From Octopus vulgaris (taxonomy: Eukaryota): a DNA stretch of 64,000 nt. Positions 26,710 through 41,100 of this stretch are shown here, piece by piece (position 1 is the stretch's first letter; each line of letters opens with the position of its first letter). The notes below the pieces were generated by a model. The model was not told the DNA's origin, ran no database searches, and worked only from the letters and a program-made list of their open reading frames with translations. The DNA is taken from the NCBI GenBank assembly GCA_951406725.2, contig OX597829.1, positions 15,190,001 through 15,254,000 on the forward strand, given 5' to 3'. The translations under genes were made by a program, and so were the position numbers.

Positions 26710-28218
26710 GGAAGAAAGTATGTTGGCTGATTACACGTGGTTGAATATATACTGCGAGAAATAAGTTGAAAAAACACCGAAGATTTGTTTTACAAGACTA
26801 AAGAATATATTAGAATCATAATAGCAAGAATGTTATGCAATATTGTACAAAATAAGATTTTTTCTTCCTAAATAATAACCAGTTTCGCTATCACTTTTCA
26901 AATTTTGAATTTTGGATGAAATTCTGAATTAGACATTTTGTTAGCTTGGGAGGATACTTTGTAACCAAGGTATTTTTCTGAAAAGGGGAGGTGAAACTAT
27001 AATTTTTAATATTGGTTTAAATTTGATTCTGGCTTATATTTCACCCCGGCTCATATTTTTCGATAAATGAGGCCGCTTTAGTCAGTCGCACTTGTGATGA
27101 GGTTCAAATAGCAAATTGATATAATAAGAAAATTACGGATAGTCTTTGCGGTTGTTCTGTACATCAGTCAATGTGTTCACTGTGATATATGTATGGCATC
27201 TGATTACATAAATAAGGTTTTCAGAGGTACAAATGAATTTGTTCAAATAGCAAATTGATATAATAGGAGAATTACGGATTGTCTTTGCGGTTGTTCTGTA
27301 CATCAGTCAATGTGTTCACTATGATATATGTATGGCGATATTGTGGGGAAGATATATGTTGTCTGTGGGCCGTACATCTTCGTCTAATCGACATTCCTGT
27401 CGACCCTATTTAGTTTCTATGGCAGGCCAAGCATCTGATTACATAAATGAGGTTTTCAGAGGTACAAATGAATTTGGATTTAATTTAGAAATTTTGCCTT
27501 TGTCCAAAATGGAATTCTGATACTTCCAAAAGATTGGGACATGTTCTACAGTTAGGACGTCCACACTCTTTTACTCTTGCGTCCGTTATTCTTGAGAATA
27601 ATTTAGCGTTTGTGAGGATCTTTAATGCCTTTGATTATTTACTGTTTGTAATGATTTCATGGGTGTGTAGAATTTCCTTCAGTTTGGGATCCTTATGGAG
27701 TATTGGGAGATTTTGAACAACGATGTTACACGATTCTTTGTTTCTGGGGTTGTATGTGGAGACATAAGGTACTGTTTTCAGAGTAGGTGTGTTACTGTGT
27801 TCGACTTTTCTTAATGTTTTTATGTCAATCGATTTTATACGTTTAATGCCTTTACTTATGAGTTGAATTGGGTAGTGTCTGTCCTGGAGTAGATTTTTAA
27901 GCTCTTGCAATCTGAGATTTCTGGTATTTTTTGGACACAATGATGCAAATCATACTTTCATGGTTGAGGAGGATATTTTTTTGATAGGTCTCAAGTAGCA
28001 TGAGCACCAAAATAGATATTGTTTAGCGTCTGTGGTTTTGAAAAGCATGTACGTTTCTATTTTTTGTTTATTTTTTAACCAGTGTATTGGAATGGAAGTC
28101 CCACTTGGTTGTGTTCCATTGTAAATTTACATCGGTGTTAATGCTATTAAGGAGTCTTTTGAACTCCAGGAGTTTATATATGTTTTCATTCCAAAGTAAA
28201 GTTTTTCCAGTTATCTTT
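26710..28218 (-). mobile_element. degraded Penelope-like element (RT C-terminus, linker, GIY-YIG)
   Basis: RLQELKNLLQDRHYPIQLISKGI; VPYVSTYNPRN; NLIYVIRCLACHRN*IGSTG..IRRRCTAHRQHI. Confidence 0.8.
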
Positions 28219-29126
<908 letters not shown>

Positions 29127-29270
29127 TATATATGGAGTTAAACGCAGCTGTTATTCAAATTCTTTTACTTCCGACACATGTTTCGAAGACAGCATTGGTA
29201 TTATTCCAAAGGAATGAAATGGTGTAAAACAATGTAATCTTCTCTTCAAGGAAAGAAAGAAATATATATG

Positions 29271-29326
<56 letters not shown>

Positions 29327-30107
29327 TACTATAACCCGAGTGATATTGTCACATAGCTATCAAAACGAAGAAATGGAACGTTGGGACTGGCTTCGCTGTA
29401 GCAGCAGTGAGTTACAAGAGATACAGAAAATGAGAGGATAAAAAGAAAATGTGAGAGAGCAATGAAAAGGAAGTCCAAGGCACTGATGAAGAAATAATAA
29501 GTAGTGGTGAGATCATTTCTTTGTGACCTCTCCAACCTTAGTGATATGTCTTAACGGTGGTTCAGCAAAAGTAGAAGTAACTTTAGAATTTAAAGTCTTT
29601 GGATTTGAAACATTTAGAAACTACGCTGATGGTAATCTCTGTGGCTAACGTGTGATGTTCAATGTTTAATTTGTAGTTTTCTGATAATAGTTTCCATTTT
29701 TCACTTCGAATTTCACTACAAGATTTCGAGCAGACAGCGTCCTACTATTATCACTCATGTAAAGAGGTTTTTCCGCTCTTTCTGCGACTATAGTATTTTT
29801 GAATTCACCCTAATCTTTTTCTTCTTCTCTCGTTTTATTTTTCTCTCTTGTTCTCTCTGCCATATTTCGCTATAGTTTTCACTCTGTGTATCTGTACGTG
29901 CATGTATATATACATGTTTGTGTGTGTACATATCTTTGTATATGTATATTTAAATTGTAAATTTATAAGCTAGGGTTGGTAAAAGTCTGATGTTATTGTA
30001 TCTTTAACAAAAATAAAAATTTAAGTCTGCTACGCATATCGAGATCTTTACCCAGTTAATGTTTATTGTTTTATTTGTAATTAATAGTATAAATGTGTAT
30101 GTGCGTT

Positions 30108-30188
<81 letters not shown>

Positions 30189-30921
30189 TTGTGTGATTTA
30201 TAATACATGTGACTTTACATTCGAAGCAGACGGTACTCAATAATTATACAGAGTATATCAATCAATATACGGTAATTATCACAGCTGGTCCACGATTTTA
30301 AGCAGGAAACTTTAAGACACGGACAAGTACTGGTACTTAACTATTATATATTCCGCCCAAGTCTCTGAGAATCACTTGGTGTCATGACATGTTGCTTCTA
30401 TTAAGCCACTCGTGAATCAAGCTTTTCTCTTACCTATCCCACTCAATTCACAATCCTTGGAGGCGATATAAACATATCATGAGTATGTCCTCCTATCTCT
30501 GGGTGAGTCATGTTAAAAATAATAACCAATAAGACAGAATGAATGTGTCCCGACACTCACGTTCGTAAGGGGCCTTTAAAATTATTTGTTTAAGCGTATT
30601 GTTCTACCTCTAGCAATCTTCCAACTAATGGAAAATATAATTAAATTCCAAAGTTATATTTTTTAAATTACCATCAATGTCAAAATTGGGAATCAAAAAT
30701 AAGGAAATTAAATTGAAAATAAAATTTGAATAAAATAATTACACACACAAACACACACACAGACACGCATACATGTATGTATTATGTATGTATGTATGCA
30801 TTGATGCACGTATGTATGTATTTATATATATAATATATATGCATATATATATATATATGCATACACACACACATATATATATATATACATAAATATATAC
30901 ATTATATATATATATATATAT

Positions 30922-30982
<61 letters not shown>

Positions 30983-31168
30983 CATACCTACACATATGTG
31001 TGTGTGTGGAAATATGTATCTATGTATATCTATAACATCACACACACACTCACATATATATATATTTATATATATCTACAAATGTATATATATATATACA
31101 TGTATATATATATGTATATATATACATATATATACATATATATGTATGTATATATATATATATATATT

Positions 31169-31219
<51 letters not shown>

Positions 31220-31489
31220 ATATGTATATATTATACCATTTTAATAATAGAATTATGATATATTTTTCAGAAATAAAATTAGAAGTGACTTTATAAAGCT
31301 AATTACAGTTCTTGTAGAAGTTGGTATTAGCAAAACCAGGTTTTTTTTTATTTCATGTTTACCATTCATTCTAGACGTTTCGTCTCATTAGATGTTTTGG
31401 CTATCACCATTTTGAGAAATTCACTCAACAGTTTTCACTTTATTGAAAAGTGGATGAAGCAATAACTTGGCTGCTTCTCAACATATCAA

Positions 31490-31914
31490 TTTCTGCGAAT
31501 GTATTATCATCGACATCGTCGTCGTAGATGCCATCGTCATCACCATCGTGGTCATCATTGCGATCACCACCATTACGTCATCTCCTTCAACAATCACAAT
31601 CGTTATCAGCATCGTCATCATCATTATCATCATCATCATCATTACCGTCGTCATCGTTTCATCGTTTCCATTCCCGTCTCCACCACTAAAGCCACCTTTA
31701 TTTCTCGACGGAAACACCTCGACGATCATCATTACAATCAACGTCGTCTTCATCATCCCCACCATCCTCACCATCATTATCACCAGCATCGTCGTCGTCG
31801 TCGTCCTCGTCACCATCATCATCATCATCCTCACCATCATCATCACCAACATCATCATTAACCTCCTCCTTCTTCTCATCATCATCATCATCATCATCTT
31901 CCCCATAATTAACG

Positions 31915-31968
<54 letters not shown>

Positions 31969-32035
31969 ACACCATCATCATTAACACCATCATCATCACC
32001 AGAGCCGTCGTCAAACTTATTATCATAACCATGAG
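31490..32035. repeat. degenerate (CAT)n/(CGT)n tract
   Basis: Directly visible. Confidence 0.9.
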
Positions 32036-32517
32036 GATTATGGTGTTAGTTTTTCACAACTATATTTTAGATTGTTCTGTCACACCATATATTAAACGTT
32101 TAGAGCTCTAACCTTTGTACGCTTTTGTTTTATTTGTTCTTTAATCATTAATCATTGTTTTCTCTACAACCTCCTTAAAGTTCCTTTTAAAACAGCATAT
32201 TATACACCACAACCTATCGCCTCACACTCTACCTGTGATATAACATTCTTCTGCACTGTTAGCCTAAGATGCATAATAATATTTATGATATGATGTACGA
32301 GCGCTCTGCTATCATATTTTACTCTGCAATATCCATGATATACATTAACTCAGTTGCTCAGTTATCAAAAGGCTTGTAGTAATTTCCGATCTACATCCAC
32401 TTCGTTATTATATGGTATATAATAATATCTATAGTATCTCTATAATATACTTCTGTTCTGTTATCATGGTATATAGCAATATGTGTGGGTATGTTTGTAT
32501 GCGTATGTGTATTTCTG

Positions 32518-32519
<2 letters not shown>

Positions 32520-32601
<82 letters not shown>

Positions 32602-32630
32602 AATCTATCTATCTATCAATCAATCTATCC

Positions 32631-32700
<70 letters not shown>

Positions 32701-32745
32701 ATATATATATATCTATCTTTCTATCTATCTTTCTATCTATCTCTC
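32520..32745. repeat. (CT)n-(CTAT)n microsatellite
   Basis: Directly visible. Confidence 0.95.
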
Positions 32746-33854
32746 TTTCTATTTCCCTCTATACTTATCAATATGGCTATCTCTCTGCTCTGTGAATACC
32801 AGTGAACATTAATTTTTGCAGCAAAACTGTTGTCTGTCAAACTATTGTGATATACATGTAACGATATTTTGCCGAAGAGATTGTATATCTATGATATAAT
32901 ATACATCTTCTCAGGAATCCTAAGCTATATAACAACATCTACGTCCTCCCTGTTATACTATGTTATATAGTTATAGCTGTGATGTAACATACATCCAGTT
33001 TGTTGTCATAAGGTATGTCAAAATACTTAAAGCATATCCATTCTGCTTCGTATGGTACATAGTTATATTTACCAACTAACATATTTCAATTCCACTACCA
33101 TACAATATGTGGTAATATCTATGATATAAGACAGCCCCATTCTGCTGTCTGTAAGTTAGGTTTAAATCACGATGTTACTTTCTGTTCCAATAAAACAGAC
33201 ATTTTTGTGTAGACAGACACTGCAAATGTGCAACTGGCATAAATGGTATTTTTTGTTACTTGGATGAGGTTTTGATATTTTCCTTCGCATTTGCACAGCT
33301 TTCGCAAATTTTTACTTTCATCTATTCTTCAATGCTTATAGATAACATTCCAAATCGCATGTTTAACTTGTTTCATACCTTGTAGTGTAGTGTTTTACTT
33401 TTTTTTTACATTTATATTTTTCTTATCCAAAGTATGTTTGATATTTTTGCCATATTTCGTGATAGCGTGGAGAAAACTGAAGCAAGACGCTATAATTCTA
33501 AATCAACCGAGAATGGAACGTAAGGAATGAGTTTGGACACCAGCCTTCTCTAAACTTGACGGTCATAATTTATATTTAGAACAGTAAAAACAAGAAATAC
33601 TGTTACGTTAGAATATTCCATTAGATGTTCTACTGAGTTTGGTGCTAACAGTCAAGGTGCTGTTGGACAATATAAGAAATTACTGACACTTTATTCTTCA
33701 TCAATTTTCCAAGAGGATTATCATAATATCAAATATTTGCCCGTTTGAAATTGTGATGAGCCATTAACAGGAAGTGATTCATGGGGCCTTATTCTAGATA
33801 CATTTTGCTATTTTATCAACTCCACTACTATTTGTTACTAATAATATGTTGGTC

Positions 33855-34070
33855 AAGGTGTCGACCCGGTAGAATCGTTAGCATGCCGTACAAAATCCTT
33901 AGCGGCATTTCGGCCGTCTTTACGTTCGGAGTTCAAGTGCCGCCGTGCCCTAACTTGCCTTTAATCCTTTCGGGGGCGATAAAATAAGTATCAGTTGAAA
34001 GGTGGGCTCGCTGTAATCGACTTACTCTATTTCTGAAATTGCTGGCTTTGTGCCAAAATTTGAAGCCAAT
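33855..34070 (+). mobile_element. diverged SINE (family A variant, like the copy at 1775)
   Basis: AGAATCGTTAGCATGCC...GAGTTCAAG...GTAATCGACTTAC...GAAATTGCTGGC..TGTGCCAAAATTTGAA; probable TSD AATAATATGTT on both sides. Confidence 0.75.
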
Positions 34071-34920
34071 AATATGTTCGGCAATTAATTACCAAGTCTA
34101 ATTTGGTATTAGGAGTTAAATCAATCGGACAATATTTTTGAGGGAAATTATATATTTGATTAAACTTTTTGATTAAAATCTATAGAAAGAAGTTTATAAA
34201 TATGCAATCATGTGATCCATGGAACGTTTTGTGGTGTTAAAGGTAAACAGTTGGTTGGGTCAGTAACAGAATAGTCATTTGCGAGGAACGCAACATTATT
34301 TTTATTGTTACAGATTATCATCATCTTCGAAGTAAGAATCTCTCCAACTGCCATAGTTCGGATTAATCCAGAGAACGTTGAGAGGTTAATCCTTCCTGGC
34401 TGTGTAGTATATGAAATATCCGCATCATGGTACCGAAAATGTTGTCGATGTCAGGAAATTTTAGAGAGTAAGTTTTAAATATAGTTTATATAATTTTGTA
34501 TAGCTTCATATGATATTTTGATTGAATCAACAGATTCGCATTTACGTCTCGGAGATGTGATGGATAATATATTGAATCTTATTTCATCTATGTTGGCGTA
34601 CGCTGCGTAGTTATTCTTGTTGGATGACTTAGTGTTTTCCTTGTTTATTGGAGAATCAATTATAGTATCTGAAGGTGATTGTATAGATTATGTGACGTGA
34701 GGGTTGGACTATATAATTTGGAAATGATGAGAATTCCATGAGTGGTGTTACAGTATTGTATAGTTAGTGTGTAGAGTATATGATTGGATGCTGTTATACA
34801 TGCGCCTAAAGGTATACTCACCCACAGACACGTTCTCACACAATCTCCTGTCTCTCGAACACACTTTAAATGATATGCATTTATAGATTGTTAGCTAGCT
34901 AGATAGATAAATAGATAGAT

Positions 34921-35433
34921 ATGTTTCTTTATTAGCCACACAGGGCTGCACACAGACAGGACAAAATTACAAGGTAGAGCTTTTCCTTTCCCTTTTTTGG
35001 TTTGGTTTTCGATCAAAAGGGATCGTAAATGGAAAGAAAAAGGACCAAAAAAAGGGGGGGAATAAAATAAAATTTAAAAAAAGGGAAAGGAAAAAAGATG
35101 ATCAATAGGGATCGTTATCACAGAAATGTCAATATGAAGTGTAAAGGGGAGGACAGGTGAGGTTTACCCGTGGAAAGAAAAGTCTACGGAAAAGACCACG
35201 GTAACCTCGGTCAATGAAGTCACATATTATATTTCTTTTTTTTTTTGCAAATAAGCAACTCTCTGTATTAATTTTTACGGTTCATAGAATCATTGTCAAG
35301 GTGGCTTCGTCATTCATACGTGTCATCCTTGCTACATTCACCCATCTTTTTTTAAAACATTCACTAGACAAAACTTGCCTCTCTACTCTCACTTTCCTCT
35401 TCAAGTGATACTTGAAGAAGTTGATGAGAGATT
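34921..35433 (-). mobile_element. 5'-truncated copy of the Tx1-like LINE (3' end) with 17-bp TSD
   Basis: 35280-35430 closely matches 12160-12305; GATAGATAAATAGATAG at 34902-34918 and 35434-35450. Confidence 0.9.
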
Positions 35434-35640
<207 letters not shown>

Positions 35641-35725
35641 TGCAGATAGACAGATACATTACAAACTGTAACAGTGAGAGAAATTAGAGAAATTAGAGAG
35701 TAAGCAAATGCTTTATGTTTCTCAC

Positions 35726-35896
35726 GTATGGAATAAAAGAGAAATCTTGACCTATTTTCGCATTTCGACTGGTCCTGCGACAAAACATACTGAGGTTCCT
35801 TTTCCAATAAGATTTAGTCTTCTGTGAGAAACAATCGACGAACAGTAAAACGGTCAGTGATGGGATTTCCTCTTCCGTTGTTTTGTCGTGTATTCC
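35726..35896 (-). other. candidate internal coding exon (171 nt, phase 0-0), gene unidentified
   Basis: Acceptor TTTTTTGTTTTTGTTGAGCAG and donor TAC|GTGAGA; only one frame is open: GIHDKTTEEEIPSLTVLLFVDCFSQKTKSYWKRNLSMFCRRTSRNAKIGQDFSFIPY. Confidence 0.3.
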
Positions 35897-36059
35897 CTGC
35901 TCAACAAAAACAAAAAATGGAATGCGTTTACAATATCGCATTCATCCACTACTAAGAAGCTTTGTAATCTTTAGGTATATTTCATTTCTGCTTCACATTG
36001 CTTTACGCATAATTTGTATGCATACGTGTCTTGTATATATATATGTGTGTGTGTGTGTG

Positions 36060-36091
<32 letters not shown>

Positions 36092-36399
36092 GAGAGATAC
36101 ATAAACACATTCATTCGTATACGTAGGTACATTAATATGAATAAGTATAAGTATTTATGTATATGTGTGTATATATATTACGTTTATATATTTGTTGTGC
36201 AAGATTTTTTATGTTGAAACAGACATTGTTGTATTTCGGAATGGTCATTTTGCCAGTTTAGCCAATAAAAATACACGTACTATGTATTTGGTGTTACTTT
36301 GCTTCTCTCTCTCTATATATATATATATAGATTAATATATTGATTCATATATGTACATGTAAAGTATATTTACATATACATATATATATATATTATGTA

Positions 36400-36474
<75 letters not shown>

Positions 36475-36928
36475 TTGTGTGCGTGTGTGTGTGTGTGTGT
36501 ATATATATAAGCTTACTGTTAACTAAAGTCGGTAAGTGTGTCGGTAAGTTCAGTTACTCAATAAATGAAAGATGCGTTAAATACTGAAAGACGTACACGT
36601 AGGACAGACTCAGAAGGGCTGCAACTCCGCATCAATTGTCAACTAAAATTTTAATACTCAGTCTCATACCTTTAATGACAAGACTGAGGACTTCACATAT
36701 AGGCGGCACCCACAAGATTTCTGGAGAATTAGGGCTCGAGCAGACAAAGCGTTACAGAGTTGTCATACGAAAGTTCGACTTTTCGGCCAAACAGACGAAA
36801 TTGATAGGTAACGAATCTCTCAGCCTTATCATTCAAGGCATGAAACTGAATGTTACCATTTCGGTTGAATACTGATGAAGAATTAGGGTCCTTCTAAGTC
36901 TTTTAGTATTTAATGCACTTTTCATTCA

Positions 36929-36986
<58 letters not shown>

Positions 36987-36989
<3 letters not shown>

Positions 36990-38099
36990 TAGCTGAATAA
37001 CCCGTCCTTGCCAGGCAATTTTTACAATAGAATGTCTTATATAACATTTTTTTAATTCCATTTAGATCATGCCTTCCCCTATAGATAAGCCTCTTAATCA
37101 GGAAACAATTGTGGAATTATTCGCCGAAATCGTCGTTGAGGATATTTTTCCTTTTAAAATTATTTACATGTCTGTTCGACCGTTTCACACGACTTTATTC
37201 ATTAAACCTTTAGAAGTTCTTACAACTTTGGTCATCGTAATGCTTTGCTTTCGTTTGCTTATTACTGATTTTGCTTTCATTTCGTGATAGACAGTTTTGG
37301 TGCAGAAAATGCCAGCTTCGAAATCCTGTTTTCTGGTTTGGTAAAATTGACTAAGCTCAGTAACATTTTTTGCAACTTTTCTTGTACAAATAAATATCAA
37401 AATCGAATATTATGTAGAAATTTTTTCAATATACTAAATTTCGAAATTTTAAGGAAATTTTAAAATCTCACAATATGTCACAGCAAAAAGAAATGCCCTA
37501 CAAATGTAGAGGGACAGAGGGCGAGACACACATACACATATGTATATATACATGTATGTGTATGTATGTTTATGTACATGTATGTACATATGTATATATA
37601 TACATGTATGTGTGTGTGTCTGTGTAAGTGTTTGTTTGCGATGGACAGCAGAAAAGCGACCTACCCCCAGTCTTCTTAAATCTACGTAGTCCTCACATCC
37701 CCCTTTTCTCTGTGTGTATTAGTGTGTGTGTGTGTGTGTGCGTGTGTGTGTGTGTGTGTTGTATCTATGTATTTCCGAAAGTAGGTATGCATCGTCGCAT
37801 GTATATGACAGCTGTAATAACATTAGTATTCCATTGCCACCGCTATTCTCATCTTCACTGATATAGCTCCCACCCTCTGTCACTCCCTTTCCTTTATACA
37901 AATACTTTTTATAGCCTTCACATTTTATTATATAATTCGTCCAGTCTCCCTGTTGGTGGGGCATATTATAGATTTTAATTGAAATCCAATTAAACTGTTA
38001 TTAAATTGGATGTTAGTGTAACATGTATGCAAAGTTTCGTGAATATTGGTTCGAAGGTTTAGGCACTAAGAGGGTAACAGACAGCCAGAAATTGCAATT

Positions 38100-38108
<9 letters not shown>
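36987..38108 (+). mobile_element. possible non-autonomous Helitron/Helentron-like element inside (TA)n
   Basis: 5' ACTAGCTGAATAACCCGTCCTTGCCAGGC and 3' GCAAAGTTTCGTGAA...GTAACAGACAGCCAG...TTTATATATA resemble the termini of such elements as I recall them. Confidence 0.45.
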
Positions 38109-38153
<45 letters not shown>

Positions 38154-39153
38154 CTTATCTCTCTCTTCCTCCTTCTCTCTCTCTCTCTCTCCCTCCCTAT
38201 ATATATATATGTACACACACACACACAAGGCGATTGCTTTTTATATACATATATCTCAGTTCTTTATACGTGCAATTTTTACAGAGTAAAAAGTCCTAAA
38301 TCTCGTAGAAATTTTGAAAGAAAGTAAAAAGAATACATCGTCTGTCTCCTTGTGTGCGTGTGCGAGTTGCATACACTGACCGATTATAGCCATACCCATA
38401 CCCCTGGACTCAAAGACATATTTCTCACTTTGACGAAAATAACAATAACAATAACTGCGATATAATTAGGTTTTCCTATCATATTTGTATTATGTTTCCC
38501 AGTCGATTTATTTACAAAAATAAATATCGAAGTAAATGTTTATATTTTCTTTCAATTATGTTGCTGTTTTTTTAAAATCTTTATTGTATATTTTTTATTC
38601 TATTTTTAAAATACTTTCTGGACAGTTATCTTCTATGGCGGCTATATTATATTATATTGTATGTTATAACACAGTTGTATATTTTTCACAAAGTGAAACA
38701 AGCTATTTGTATATGTTTGTATGTGTGTATGTTTGTATGAATGTGTGTATGTGTGTGTACTTGTGTGTGTGTCCGTGTATGTTTGTGTGTGTGAAAAAGA
38801 CGATAAGTGTGAGTGAGAATGGGTAGTTATTATATATATGTTTAGGCGTGAATTACGCGCATTATATATATTTGTATGCATATAGACACGAATATATATA
38901 TATATAATATGTGTTATATGTATATGTGTATATAATATATATATTTATGGGTGTCTGTGTGTGTATATATGTAAGTATATATCTATCTAAGTGTACGTTT
39001 ATGTATTTATATACATATATATGTTTATGTGTGAGTGTGCGTGTGTTTGCGTGTTTGTGTGTATCTATACATCTATATATACATGGGCACATAATACATA
39101 TATATGCGCATATATATTCCTATTTATCTCTATATAACATATACATGTATATG

Positions 39154-39217
<64 letters not shown>

Positions 39218-39759
39218 AAGGGAGAGAGAGCGGTTACAGTTTATAATAGTTATATTATATATAGTTGCGTGGCTACAAACACCAAAAACACACAATATTC
39301 GTCATACACGCATAAATACGTATTTCTATGCAAGTCTACTCATGTATATACATACCATAATATATACATATATATATATATACGCAGGCACACACACATG
39401 CGCACACATACACAAACATACATATGAAGAATGAGAGACAGACACAGAGGGAGACATATACACCTACATATGAATATATAAAGAGTCACTTGTGAGAGTT
39501 AGTTGGTACTCTATATTGAATTGTAGTATTTCTCTTGACATTTAAAACGCATTGAGAACAAAAGAATCCGATCATCCATCTTCCGTATAGCCATGTATGT
39601 ATACCCTTGTTCATATGTTTGTATATACAGATATATACATCTTTATATATTTATATTTTCTGTGTATGTATGTGTATATAGAAATATATAAACATACATA
39701 TATTTTTTCATATGTAAATATGTGTACATATATACACACATATGTGTCTATGGATATGT

Positions 39760-39810
<51 letters not shown>

Positions 39811-39826
39811 TAAATATATATATATG

Positions 39827-39864
<38 letters not shown>

Positions 39865-40489
39865 AAATATATATACATATATATATATATAAAATATATA
39901 TACATATATATATATATATAAAATATATATGCATATATATAATACGCGCGTGCGTACACACTCATGTATGTGCGTGTGTATATGTATCAACTTGTATACA
40001 TACAGACACGCACAAACATACATGAATGTATACACATCTATGTGCTTACATTTTTTATGCATACTTACAAGAAAATAGACGCATATAGCCATACATATGT
40101 GCACATACACACGCATACACACACACACATGTGTGTGTGTGTGTGTGTGCGTGTATGTGTACACATGTGTGTGTATGCGTTGCGTACTTACGTAGATATC
40201 TCACACAAAGAAGTAATTTCTCACATAACAATCGTTTGTTTAAAAAAATATATATATCGTTTAAAACTGTTTCAAAAATTGTTTATTTTCCGAGACTTTG
40301 AAAAAAAATTCAAAAAAAAAAAAAACAGTACAGCAACAACAGTAGCAACAAGAGCAACAGTAGCATTAGAAGTGGTAACAACGGCACCATCAGCAGAGGC
40401 AGCAGCAGCGGAAAGATATTAATATCAAATCCAAAACTTTGCGTGTGGAGATTGTGTAATTACTGGTGATATGAAATTGGTTAGTTTGA

Positions 40490-41100
40490 TTGCTGTTGTT
40501 AATATCGTTGTTGTTGTTGTTGTCGTTGTTTTTTAGTGATAATGATGATGATGATGATGACAACGAGGAGGAGGAGAAGAAGGAGGAGGAGAAGAAGAAG
40601 AAGAAGAAGAACAAGAACAACAAGAACAACAACTACAACAACAACAACAACGACGACGACGACGATGATGATGATGATGATGAGAAGAAGAAGAAAGAGA
40701 AGAAAAAGAAGAATGAGAAGAATGAGAAGAAGAAGAAGAAGAAGAAGAAAGAGAAGAGGAAGAAGAAGAAGGAGAAGAAGAAGAAGAAGAAGAAGAAGAA
40801 GAAGAAGAAGAAAGAAGAAAAAGGATGTCGTGGACGATTAATGACGATGAATGACGATGATGTTGATGAGGGAGACGACGACGACGACGATGAGGATAAT
40901 GATGAAGACTTCGTCGACGTCAACGGGAAATGATGATGATGACGGCGGGGATGATATGATGAGGATGATGTTGATCATGGTTGAGTTGATGGTGACGATG
41001 AGGTCGATGATGTTGTAGGTTGTGGTGGTGATGATGGTGATGCGGAGAAGGCCTAGCTGGAAGAGGAGCAGCAGAGGTGAAGGAGGAGAACGACGACGGC
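40490..41100. repeat. compound (GAT)/(GAA)/(CAA)/(GAC) microsatellite
   Basis: Directly visible. Confidence 0.95.

Noticed and set aside
26874-26955. Minus-strand TAGC-GAAA-CTGG-TT as a hammerhead at a PLE 3' end
   Set aside because: The CTGANGA box is not recognisable (CTCCCAA); at best a relic.
33379-33476. Minus-strand exon candidate with good splice sites
   Set aside because: All three frames contain stops unless a homopolymer indel is assumed.
38536-40422. Numerous [12 protein letters not shown] ORFs
   Set aside because: These are dinucleotide-repeat artefacts.
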